64,000 nt of DNA, taken from positions 2,604,001 to 2,668,000 of the forward strand of contig OZ059899.1 in NCBI GenBank assembly GCA_964057225.1, read 5' to 3'. Every line of letters starts with the position of its first letter. The stretch's first letter is position 1. A model generated the notes under the pieces. It did not search any database. It had not been told where the DNA came from and saw only the letters and a program-made list of their open reading frames with translations. The DNA comes from Auanema rhodensis. Lineage: Eukaryota > Animalia > Nematoda. The translations under genes were made by a program, and so were the position numbers. Below are positions 24,701-38,193 of the stretch, piece by piece.

Positions 24701-27700
24701 AGGAATCTGAAAACATCTACTTTTCGCTAAATTATCTTGAAATTTTTCGAAAAAATTTTTGTCAAAATGTTTTTGGAAGCAATGTTGAGTGTACATGGAA
24801 ACTCAACATACACTAATGCATCATTTTTCAAACGATCATAACTAATTTTTGTATTAAGCGTTTCTCAATGTAGTATAGTGCATTCGATGCGGATTTTTAA
24901 GCTGCGTCGATCTGTGTTATCAGATTTGCGCTAGCTTAAAAATGCACCAAGATATCAACTGATATAAGTTCACACTTATATCCTCGATTTTCACCCTGAA
25001 GAATTATTTTTTTCGTTGAATAACGTTGTCCATCGTCTTCGCCTTGAAAAAAGGAATCTAAAAACATCTACTTTTTGCTAAATTATTTTGAAATTTTTCG
25101 AAAAAATTTTTGTCAAAATGTTTTTGGAAGCAATGTTGAGTGTACATGGAAACTCAACATACACTAATGCATCATTTTTCAAACGATCATAACTAATTTT
25201 TGTATTAAGCGTTTCTCAATGTAGTATAGTGCATTCGATGCGGATTTTTGAGCTGCGTCGATCTGTGTTATCAGATCTGCGCTAGCTTAAAAATGCACCG
25301 AGATATCAACTGATATAAGTTCACACTTATATCCTCGATTTTCACCCTGAAGAATTAATTTTTTCGTTGAATAACATTGTCCATCGTCTTTGCCTTGAAA
25401 AACGGAATCTAAAAACATCTACTTTTCGCTAAATTATCTTGAAATTTTTCGAAAAAATTTTTGTCAAAATGTTTTTGGAAGCAATGTTGAGTGTACATGG
25501 AAACTCAACATACACTAATGCATCATTTTTCAAACGATCATAACTAATTTTTGTATTGAGCGTTTCTCAATGTAGTATAGTGCATTCGATGCGGATTTTT
25601 AAGCTACGTCGATCTGTGTTATCAGATTTGCGCTAGCTTAAAAATGCACCGAGATATCAACTGATATAAGTTCACACTTATATCCTCGATTTTCACCCTG
25701 AAGAATTATTTTTTTCGTTGAATAACATTGTCCATCGTCTTTGCCTTAAAAAACGGAATCTAAAAACATCTACTTTTTGCTAAATTATCTTGAAATTTTT
25801 CGAAAAAATTTTTGTCAAAATGTTTTTGGAAGCAATGTTGAGTGTACATGGAAACTCAACATACACTAATGCATCATTTTTCAAACGATCATAACTAATT
25901 TTTGTATTAAGCGTTTCTCAATGTAGTATAGTGCATTCGATGCGGATTTTTAAGCTGCGTCGATCTGTGTTATCAGATTTGCGCTAGCTTAAAAATGCAC
26001 CAAGATATCAACTGATATAAGTTCACACTTATATCCTCGATTTTCACCCTGAAGAATTATTTTTTTCGTTGAATAACGTTGTCCATCGTCTTCGCCTTGA
26101 AAAAAGGAATCTAAAAACATCTACTTTTTGCTAAATTATTTTGAAATTTTTCGAAAAAATTTTTGTCAAAATGTTTTTGGAAGCAATGTTGAGTGTACAT
26201 GGAAACTCAACATACACTAATGCATCATTTTTCAAACGATCATAACTAATTTTTGTATTGAGCGTTTCTCAATGTAGTATAGTGCATTCGATGCGGATTT
26301 TTAAGCTGCGTCGATCTGTGTTATCAGATTTGCGCTAGCTTAAAAATGCACCAAGATATCAACTGATATAAGTTCACACTTATATCCTCGATTTTCACCC
26401 TGAAGAATTATTTTTTTCGTTGAATAACGTTGTCCATCGTCTTCGCCTTGAAAAAAGGAATCTAAAAACATCTACTTTTTGCTAAATTATTTTGAAATTT
26501 TTCGAAAAAATTTTTGTCAAAATGTTTTTGGAAGCAATGTTGAGTGTACATGGAAACTCAACATACACTAATGCATCATTTTTCAAACGATCATAACTAA
26601 TTTTTGTATTAAGCGTTTCTCAATGTAGTATAGTGCATTCGATGCGGATTTTTGAGCTGCGTCGATCTGTGTTATCAGATTTGCGCTAGCTTGAAAATGC
26701 ACCGAGATATCAACTGATATAAGTTCACACTTATATCCTCGATTTTCACCCTGAAGAATTAATTTTTTCGTTGAATAACATTGTCCATCGTCTTTGCCTT
26801 GAAAAAAGGAATCTGAAAACATCTACTTTTCGCTAAATTATCTTGAAATTTTTCGAAAAAATTTTTGTCAAAATGTTTTTGGAAGCAATGTTGAGTGTAC
26901 ATGGAAACTCAACATACACTAATGCATCATTTTTCAAACGATCATAACTAATTTTTGTATTAAGCGTTTCTCAATGTAGTATAGTGCATTCGATGCGGAT
27001 TTTTAAGCTGCGTCGATCTGTGTTATCAGATTTGCGCTAGCTTAAAAATGCACCAAGATATCAACTGATATAAGTTCACACTTATATCCTCGATTTTCAC
27101 CCTGAAGAATTATTTTTTTCGTTGAATAACGTTGTCCATCGTCTTCGCCTTGAAAAAAGGAATCTAAAAACATCTACTTTTTGCTAAATTATTTTGAAAT
27201 TTTTCGAAAAAATTTTTGTCAAAATGTTTTTGGAAGCAATGTTGAGTGTACATGGAAACTCAACATACACTAATGCATCATTTTTCAAACGATCATAACT
27301 AATTTTTGTATTAAGCGTTTCTCAATGTAGTATAGTGCATTCGATGCGGATTTTTGAGCTGCGTCGATCTGTGTTATCAGATCTGCGCTAGCTTAAAAAT
27401 GCACCGAGATATCAACTGATATAAGTTCACACTTATATCCTCGATTTTCACCCTGAAGAATTAATTTTTTCGTTGAATAACATTGTCCATCGTCTTTGCC
27501 TTGAAAAACGGAATCTAAAAACATCTACTTTTCGCTAAATTATCTTGAAATTTTTCGAAAAAATTTTTGTCAAAATGTTTTTGGAAGCAATGTTGAGTGT
27601 ACATGGAAACTCAACATACACTAATGCATCATTTTTCAAACGATCATAACTAATTTTTGTATTGAGCGTTTCTCAATGTAGTATAGTGCATTCGATGCGG

Positions 27701-30700
27701 ATTTTTAAGCTACGTCGATCTGTGTTATCAGATTTGCGCTAGCTTAAAAATGCACCGAGATATCAACTGATATAAGTTCACACTTATATCCTCGATTTTC
27801 ACCCTGAAGAATTATTTTTTTCGTTGAATAACATTGTCCATCGTCTTTGCCTTAAAAAACGGAATCTAAAAACATCTACTTTTTGCTAAATTATCTTGAA
27901 ATTTTTCGAAAAAATTTTTGTCAAAATGTTTTTGGAAGCAATGTTGAGTGTACATGGAAACTCAACATACACTAATGCATCATTTTTCAAACGATCATAA
28001 CTAATTTTTGTATTAAGCGTTTCTCAATGTAGTATAGTGCATTCGATGCGGATTTTTAAGCTGCGTCGATCTGTGTTATCAGATTTGCGCTAGCTTAAAA
28101 ATGCACCAAGATATCAACTGATATAAGTTCACACTTATATCCTCGATTTTCACCCTGAAGAATTATTTTTTTCGTTGAATAACGTTGTCCATCGTCTTCG
28201 CCTTGAAAAAAGGAATCTAAAAACATCTACTTTTTGCTAAATTATTTTGAAATTTTTCGAAAAAATTTTTGTCAAAATGTTTTTGGAAGCAATGTTGAGT
28301 GTACATGGAAACTCAACATACACTAATGCATCATTTTTCAAACGATCATAACTAATTTTTGTATTGAGCGTTTCTCAATGTAGTATAGTGCATTCGATGC
28401 GGATTTTTAAGCTGCGTCGATCTGTGTTATCAGATTTGCGCTAGCTTAAAAAAGCACCGAGATATCAACTGATATAAGTTCACACTTATATCCTCGATTT
28501 TCACCCTGAAGAATTATTTTTTTCGTTGAATAACATTGTCCATCGTCTTCGCCTTGAAAAACGGAATCTAAAAACATCTACTTTTTGCTAAATTATTTTG
28601 AAATTTTTCGAAAAAATTTTTGTCAAAATGTTTTTGGAAGCAATGTTGAGTGTACATGGAAACTCAACATACACTAATGCATCATTTTTCAAACGATCAT
28701 AACTAATTTTTGTATTAAGCGTTTCTCAATGTAGTATAGTGCATTCGATGCGGATTTTTAAGCTGCGTCGATCTGTGTTATCAGATTTGCGCTAGCTTAA
28801 AAAAGCACCGAGATATCAACTGATATAAGTTCACACTTATATCCTCGATTTTCACCCTGAAGAATTAATTTTTTCGTTGAATAACATTGTCCATCGTCTT
28901 TGCCTTGAAAAAAGGAATCTGAAAACATCTACTTTTCGCTAAATTATCTTGAAATTTTTCGAAAAAATTTTTGTCAAAATGTTTTTGGAAGCAATGTTGA
29001 GTGTACATGGAAACTCAACATACACTAATGCATCATTTTTCAAACGATCATAACTAATTTTTGTATTAAGCGTTTCTCAATGTAGTATAGTGCATTCGAT
29101 GCGGATTTTTAAGCTGCGTCGATCTGTGTTATCAGATTTGCGCTAGCTTAAAAATGCACCAAGATATCAACTGATATAAGTTCACACTTATATCCTCGAT
29201 TTTCACCCTGAAGAATTATTTTTTTCGTTGAATAACGTTGTCCATCGTCTTCGCCTTGAAAAAAGGAATCTAAAAACATCTACTTTTTGCTAAATTATTT
29301 TGAAATTTTTCGAAAAAATTTTTGTCAAAATGTTTTTGGAAGCAATGTTGAGTGTACATGGAAACTCAACATACACTAATGCATCATTTTTCAAACGATC
29401 ATAACTAAGTTTTGTATTAAGCGTTTCTCAATGTAGTATAGTGCATTCGATGCGGATTGTTGAGCTGCGTCGATCTGTGTTATCAGATTTGCGCTAGCTT
29501 AAAAATGCACCGAGATATCAACTGATATGAGTTCACACATATATCCTCGATTTTCACCCTGAAGAATTAATTTTTTCGTTGAATAACATTGTCCATCGTC
29601 TTTGCCTTGAAAAACGGAATCTAAAAACATCTACTTTTCGCTAAATTATCTTGAAATTTTTCGAAAAAATTTTTGTCAAAATGTTTTTGGAAGCAATGTT
29701 GAGTGTACATGGAAACTCAACATACACTAATGCATCATTTTTCAAACGATCATAACTAATTTTTGTATTGAGCGTTTCTCAATGTAGTATAGTGCATTCG
29801 ATGCGGATTTTTAAGCTACGTCGATCTGTGTTATCAGATTTGCGCTAGCTTAAAAATGCACCGAGATATCAACTGATATAAGTTCACACTTATATCCTCG
29901 ATTTTCACCCTGAAGAATTATTTTTTTCGTTGAATAACATTGTCCATCGTCTTTGCCTTAAAAAACGGAATCTAAAAACATCTACTTTTTGTTAAATTAT
30001 CTTGAAATTTTTCGAAAAAATTTTTGTCAAAATGTTTTTGGAAGCAATGTTGAGTGTACATGGAAACTCAACATACACTAATGCATCATTTTTCAAACGA
30101 TCATAACTAATTTTTGTATTAAGCGTTTCTCAATGTAGTATAGTGCATTCGATGCGGATTGTTGAGCTGCGTCGATCTGTGTTATCAGATTTGCGCTAGC
30201 TTAAAAATGCACCGAGATATCAACTGATATAAGTTCACACTTATATCCTCGATTTTCACCCTGAAGAATTATTTTTTTCGTTGAATAACATTGTCCATCG
30301 TCTTTGCCTTAAAAAACGGAATCTAAAAACATCTACTTTTTGCTAAATTATCTTGAAATTTTTCGAAAAAATTTTTGTCAAAATGTTTTTGGAAGCAATG
30401 TTGAGTGTACATGGAAACTCAACATACACTAATGCATCATTTTTCAAACGATCATAACTAATTTTTGTATTAAGCGTTTCTCAATGTAGTATAGTGCATT
30501 CGATGCGGATTGTTGAGCTGCGTCGATCTGTGTTATCAGATTTGCGCTAGCTTAAAAATGCACCGAGATATCAACTGATATGAGTTCACACATATATCCT
30601 CGATTTTCACCCTGAAGAATTAATTTTTTCGTTGAATAACATTGTCCATCGTCTTCGCCTTGAAAAACGGAATCTAAAAACATCTACTTTTTGCTAAATT

Positions 30701-33700
30701 ATTTTGAAATTTTTCGAAAAAATTTTTGTCAAAATGTTTTTGGAAGCAATGTTGAGTGTACATGGAAACTCAACATACACTAATGCATCATTTTTCAAAC
30801 GATCATAACTAATTTTTGTATTAAGCGTTTCTCAATGTAGTATAGTGCATTCGATGCGGATTTTTAAGCTGCGTCGATCTGTGTTATCAGATTTGCGCTA
30901 GCTTAAAAAAGCACCGAGATATCAACTGATATAAGTTCACACTTATATCCTCGATTTTCACCCTGAAGAATTATTTTTTTCGTTGAATAACATTGTCCAT
31001 CGTCTTCGCCTTGAAAAACGGAATCTAAAAACATCTACTTTTTGCTAAATTATTTTGAAATTTTTCGAAAAAATTTTTGTCAAAATGTTTTTGGAAGCAA
31101 TGTTGAGTGTACATGGAAACTCAACATACACTAATGCATCATTTTTCAAACGATCATAACTAATTTTTGTATTAAGCGTTTCTCAATGTAGTATAGTGCA
31201 TTCGATGCGGATTTTTAAGCTGCGTCGATCTGTGTTATCAGATTTGCGCTAGCTTAAAAAAGCACCGAGATATCAACTGATATAAGTTCACACTTATATC
31301 CTCGATTTTCACCCTGAAGAATTAATTTTTTCGTTGAATAACATTGTCCATCGTCTTTGCCTTGAAAAAAGGAATCTGAAAACATCTACTTTTCGCTAAA
31401 TTATCTTGAAATTTTTCGAAAAAATTTTTGTCAAAATGTTTTTGGAAGCAATGTTGAGTGTACATGGAAACTCAACATACACTAATGCATCATTTTTCAA
31501 ACGATCATAACTAATTTTTGTATTAAGCGTTTCTCAATGTAGTATAGTGCATTCGATGCGGATTTTTAAGCTGCGTCGATCTGTGTTATCAGATTTGCGC
31601 TAGCTTAAAAATGCACCAAGATATCAACTGATATAAGTTCACACTTATATCCTCGATTTTCACCCTGAAGAATTATTTTTTTCGTTGAATAACGTTGTCC
31701 ATCGTCTTCGCCTTGAAAAAAGGAATCTAAAAACATCTACTTTTTGCTAAATTATTTTGAAATTTTTCGAAAAAATTTTTGTCAAAATGTTTTTGGAAGC
31801 AATGTTGAGTGTACATGGAAACTCAACATACACTAATGCATCATTTTTCAAACGATCATAACTAATTTTTGTATTAAGCGTTTCTCAATGTAGTATAGTG
31901 CATTCGATGCGGATTGTTGAGCTGCGTCGATCTGTGTTATCAGATTTGCGCTAGCTTAAAAATGCACCGAGATATCAACTGATATGAGTTCACACATATA
32001 TCCTCGATTTTCACCCTGAAGAATTAATTTTTTCGTTGAATAACATTGTCCATCGTCTTTGCCTTGAAAAACGGAATCTAAAAACATCTACTTTTCGCTA
32101 AATTATCTTGAAATTTTTCGAAAAAATTTTTGTCAAAATGTTTTTGGAAGCAATGTTGAGTGTACATGGAAACTCAACATACACTAATGCATCATTTTTC
32201 AAACGATCATAACTAATTTTTGTATTGAGCGTTTCTCAATGTAGTATAGTGCATTCGATGCGGATTTTTAAGCTACGTCGATCTGTGTTATCAGATTTGC
32301 GCTAGCTTAAAAATGCACCGAGATATCAACTGATATGAGTTCACACATATATCCTCGATTTTCACCCTGAAGAATTAATTTTTTCGTTGAATAACATTGT
32401 CCATCGTCTTCGCCTTGAAAAACGGAATCTAAAAACATCTACTTTTTGCTAAATTATTTTGAAATTTTTCGAAAAAATTTTTGTCAAAATGTTTTTGGAA
32501 GCAATGTTGAGTGTACATGGAAACTCAACATACACTAATGCATCATTTTTCAAACGATCATAACTAATTTTTGTATTAAGCGTTTCTCAATGTAGTATAG
32601 TGCATTCGATGCGGATTTTTAAGCTGCGTCGATCTGTGTTATCAGATTTGCGCTAGCTTAAAAAAGCACCGAGATATCAACTGATATAAGTTCACACTTA
32701 TATCCTCGATTTTCACCCTGAAGAATTATTTTTTTCGTTGAATAACATTGTCCATCGTCTTCGCCTTGAAAAACGGAATCTAAAAACATCTACTTTTTGC
32801 TAAATTATTTTGAAATTTTTCGAAAAAATTTTTGTCAAAATGTTTTTGGAAGCAATGTTGAGTGTACATGGAAACTCAACATACACTAATGCATCATTTT
32901 TCAAACGATCATAACTAATTTTTGTATTAAGCGTTTCTCAATGTAGTATAGTGCATTCGATGCGGATTTTTAAGCTGCGTCGATCTGTGTTATCAGATTT
33001 GCGCTAGCTTAAAAAAGCACCGAGATATCAACTGATATAAGTTCACACTTATATCCTCGATTTTCACCCTGAAGAATTAATTTTTTCGTTGAATAACATT
33101 GTCCATCGTCTTTGCCTTGAAAAAAGGAATCTGAAAACATCTACTTTTCGCTAAATTATCTTGAAATTTTTCGAAAAAATTTTTGTCAAAATGTTTTTGG
33201 AAGCAATGTTGAGTGTACATGGAAACTCAACATACACTAATGCATCATTTTTCAAACGATCATAACTAATTTTTGTATTAAGCGTTTCTCAATGTAGTAT
33301 AGTGCATTCGATGCGGATTTTTAAGCTGCGTCGATCTGTGTTATCAGATTTGCGCTAGCTTAAAAATGCACCAAGATATCAACTGATATAAGTTCACACT
33401 TATATCCTCGATTTTCACCCTGAAGAATTATTTTTTTCGTTGAATAACGTTGTCCATCGTCTTCGCCTTGAAAAAAGGAATCTAAAAACATCTACTTTTT
33501 GCTAAATTATTTTGAAATTTTTCGAAAAAATTTTTGTCAAAATGTTTTTGGAAGCAATGTTGAGTGTACATGGAAACTCAACATACACTAATGCATCATT
33601 TTTCAAACGATCATAACTAATTTTTGTATTAAGCGTTTCTCAATGTAGTATAGTGCATTCGATGCGGATTGTTGAGCTGCGTCGATCTGTGTTATCAGAT

Positions 33701-34398
33701 TTGCGCTAGCTTAAAAATGCACCGAGATATCAACTGATATGAGTTCACACATATATCCTCGATTTTCACCCTGAAGAATTAATTTTTTCGTTGAATAACA
33801 TTGTCCATCGTCTTTGCCTTGAAAAACGGAATCTAAAAACATCTACTTTTCGCTAAATTATCTTGAAATTTTTCGAAAAAATTTTTGTCAAAATGTTTTT
33901 GGAAGCAATGTTGAGTGTACATGGAAACTCAACATACACTAATGCATCATTTTTCAAACGATCATAACTAATTTTTGTATTGAGCGTTTCTCAATGTAGT
34001 ATAGTGCATTCGATGCGGATTTTTAAGCTACGTCGATCTGTGTTATCAGATTTGCGCTAGCTTAAAAATGCACCGAGATATCAACTGATATAAGTTCACA
34101 CTTATATCCTCGATTTTCACCCTGAAGAATTATTTTTTTCGTTGAATAACATTGTCCATCGTCTTTGCCTTAAAAAACGGAATCTAAAAACATCTACTTT
34201 TTGCTAAATTATCTTGAAATTTTTCGAAAAAATTTTTGTCAAAATGTTTTTGGAAGCAATGTTGAGTGTACATGGAAACTCAACATACACTAATGCATCA
34301 TTTTTCAAACGATCATAACTAATTTTTGTATTGAGCGTTTCTCAATGTAGTATAGTGCATTCGATGCGGATTTTTAAGCTGCGTCGATCTGTGTTATC
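21763..34398. repeat. Variable-length higher-order domain with unit lengths of 7, 6, 6, 7 and 5 monomers
   Basis: The A334 marker (GCTACGTC) occurs at 23149, 25606, 27712, 29818, 32275 and 34030. C5 (AGATCT) occurs at 22820, 25277 and 27383. A178 occurs at 21940 and 24397. Confidence 0.85.
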
Positions 34399-37300
34399 AG
34401 ATTTGCGCTAGCTTAAAAAAGCACCGAGATATCAACTGATATAAGTTCACACTTATATCCTCGATTTTCACCCTGAAGAATTATTTTTTTCGTTGAATAA
34501 CATTGTCCATCGTCTTCGCCTTGAAAAACGGAATCTAAAAACATCTACTTTTTGCTAAATTATTTTGAAATTTTTCGAAAAAATTTTTGTCAAAATGTTT
34601 TTGGAAGCAATGTTGAGTGTACATGGAAACTCAACATACACTAATGCATCATTTTTCAAACGATCATAACTAATTTTTGTATTAAGCGTTTCTCAATGTA
34701 GTATAGTGCATTCGATGCGGATTTTTGAGCTGCGTCGATCTGTGTTATCAGATTTGCGCTAGCTTGAAAATGCACCGAGATATCAACTGATATAAGTTCA
34801 CACTTATATCCTCGATTTTCACCCTGAAGAATTAATTTTTTCGTTGAATAACATTGTCCATCGTCTTTGCCTTGAAAAAAGGAATCTGAAAACATCTACT
34901 TTTCGCTAAATTATCTTGAAATTTTTCGAAAAAATTTTTGTCAAAATGTTTTTGGAAGCAATGTTGAGTGTACATGGAAACTCAACATACACTAATGCAT
35001 CATTTTTCAAACGATCATAACTAATTTTTGTATTAAGCGTTTCTCAATGTAGTATAGTGCATTCGATGCGGATTTTTAAGCTGCGTCGATCTGTGTTATC
35101 AGATTTGCGCTAGCTTAAAAATGCACCAAGATATCAACTGATATAAGTTCACACTTATATCCTCGATTTTCACCCTGAAGAATTATTTTTTTCGTTGAAT
35201 AACGTTGTCCATCGTCTTCGCCTTGAAAAAAGGAATCTAAAAACATCTACTTTTTGCTAAATTATTTTGAAATTTTTCGAAAAAATTTTTGTCAAAATGT
35301 TTTTGGAAGCAATGTTGAGTGTACATGGAAACTCAACATACACTAATGCATCATTTTTCAAACGATCATAACTAATTTTTGTATTAAGCGTTTCTCAATG
35401 TAGTATAGTGCATTCGATGCGGATTTTTGAGCTGCGTCGATCTGTGTTATCAGATTTGCGCTAGCTTGAAAATGCACCGAGATATCAACTGATATAAGTT
35501 CACACTTATATCCTCGATTTTCACCCTGAAGAATTAATTTTTTCGTTGAATAACATTGTCCATCGTCTTTGCCTTGAAAAAAGGAATCTGAAAACATCTA
35601 CTTTTCGCTAAATTATCTTGAAATTTTTCGAAAAAATTTTTGTCAAAATGTTTTTGGAAGCAATGTTGAGTGTACATGGAAACTCAACATACACTAATGC
35701 ATCATTTTTCAAACGATCATAACTAATTTTTGTATTAAGCGTTTCTCAATGTAGTATAGTGCATTCGATGCGGATTTTTAAGCTGCGTCGATCTGTGTTA
35801 TCAGATTTGCGCTAGCTTAAAAATGCACCAAGATATCAACTGATATAAGTTCACACTTATATCCTCGATTTTCACCCTGAAGAATTATTTTTTTCGTTGA
35901 ATAACGTTGTCCATCGTCTTCGCCTTGAAAAAAGGAATCTAAAAACATCTACTTTTTGCTAAATTATTTTGAAATTTTTCGAAAAAATTTTTGTCAAAAT
36001 GTTTTTGGAAGCAATGTTGAGTGTACATGGAAACTCAACATACACTAATGCATCATTTTTCAAACGATCATAACTAATTTTTGTATTAAGCGTTTCTCAA
36101 TGTAGTATAGTGCATTCGATGCGGATTTTTAAGCTGCGTCGATCTGTGTTATCAGATTTGCGCTAGCTTAAAAATGCACCAAGATATCAACTGATATAAG
36201 TTCACACTTATATCCTCGATTTTCACCCTGAAGAATTATTTTTTTCGTTGAATAACGTTGTCCATCGTCTTCGCCTTGAAAAAAGGAATCTAAAAACATC
36301 TACTTTTTGCTAAATTATTTTGAAATTTTTCGAAAAAATTTTTGTCAAAATGTTTTTGGAAGCAATGTTGAGTGTACATGGAAACTCAACATACACTAAT
36401 GCATCATTTTTCAAACGATCATAACTAATTTTTGTATTGAGCGTTTCTCAATGTAGTATAGTGCATTCGATGCGGATTTTTAAGCTGCGTCGATCTGTGT
36501 TATCAGATTTGCGCTAGCTTAAAAAAGCACCGAGATATCAACTGATATAAGTTCACACTTATATCCTCGATTTTCACCCTGAAGAATTATTTTTTTCGTT
36601 GAATAACATTGTCCATCGTCTTCGCCTTGAAAAACGGAATCTAAAAACATCTACTTTTTGCTAAATTATTTTGAAATTTTTCGAAAAAATTTTTGTCAAA
36701 ATGTTTTTGGAAGCAATGTTGAGTGTACATGGAAACTCAACATACACTAATGCATCATTTTTCAAACGATCATAACTAATTTTTGTATTAAGCGTTTCTC
36801 AATGTAGTATAGTGCATTCGATGCGGATTTTTGAGCTGCGTCGATCTGTGTTATCAGATTTGCGCTAGCTTGAAAATGCACCGAGATATCAACTGATATA
36901 AGTTCACACTTATATCCTCGATTTTCACCCTGAAGAATTAATTTTTTCGTTGAATAACATTGTCCATCGTCTTTGCCTTGAAAAAAGGAATCTGAAAACA
37001 TCTACTTTTCGCTAAATTATCTTGAAATTTTTCGAAAAAATTTTTGTCAAAATGTTTTTGGAAGCAATGTTGAGTGTACATGGAAACTCAACATACACTA
37101 ATGCATCATTTTTCAAACGATCATAACTAATTTTTGTATTAAGCGTTTCTCAATGTAGTATAGTGCATTCGATGCGGATTTTTAAGCTGCGTCGATCTGT
37201 GTTATCAGATTTGCGCTAGCTTAAAAATGCACCAAGATATCAACTGATATAAGTTCACACTTATATCCTCGATTTTCACCCTGAAGATTTTTTTTTTTCG

Positions 37301-38193
37301 TTGAATAACGTTGTCCATCGTCTTCGCCTTGAAAAAAGAAATCTAAAAACATCTACTTTTTGCTAAATTATTTTGAAATTTTTCGAAAAAATTTTTGTCA
37401 AAATGTTTTTGGAAGCAATGTTGAGTGTACATGGAAACTCAACATACACTAATGCATCATTTTTCAAACGATCATAACTAATTTTTGTATTAAGCGTTTC
37501 TCAATGTAGTATAGTGCATTCGATGCGGATTTTTGAGCTGCGTCGATCTGTGTTATCAGATTTGCGCTAGCTTGAAAATGCACCGAGATATCAACTGATA
37601 TAAGTTCACACTTATATCCTCGATTTTCACCCTGAAGAATTAATTTTTTCGTTGAATAACATTGTCCATCGTCTTTGCCTTGAAAAAAGGAATCTGAAAA
37701 CATCTACTTTTCGCTAAATTATCTTGAAATTTTTCGAAAAAATTTTTGTCAAAATGTTTTTGGAAGCAATGTTGAGTGTACATGGAAACTCAACATACAC
37801 TAATGCATCATTTTTCAAACGATCATAACTAATTTTTGTATTAAGCGTTTCTCAATGTAGTATAGTGCATTCGATGCGGATTTTTAAGCTGCGTCGATCT
37901 GTGTTATCAGATTTGCGCTAGCTTAAAAATGCACCAAGATATCAACTGATATAAGTTCACACTTATATCCTCGATTTTCACCCTGAAGAATTATTTTTTT
38001 CGTTGAATAACGTTGTCCATCGTCTTCGCCTTGAAAAAAGGAATCTAAAAACATCTACTTTTTGCTAAATTATTTTGAAATTTTTCGAAAAAATTTTTGT
38101 CAAAATGTTTTTGGAAGCAATGTTGAGTGTACATGGAAACTCAACATACACTAATGCATCATTTTTCAAACGATCATAACTAATTTTTGTATT
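34333..38193. repeat. About two copies of a 6-monomer unit with internal dimer (702 bp) structure
   Basis: G17/G139 monomers (identical ORFs) lie at 34656, 35358, 36762 and 37464, giving offsets of 702 and 2106. Confidence 0.8.
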
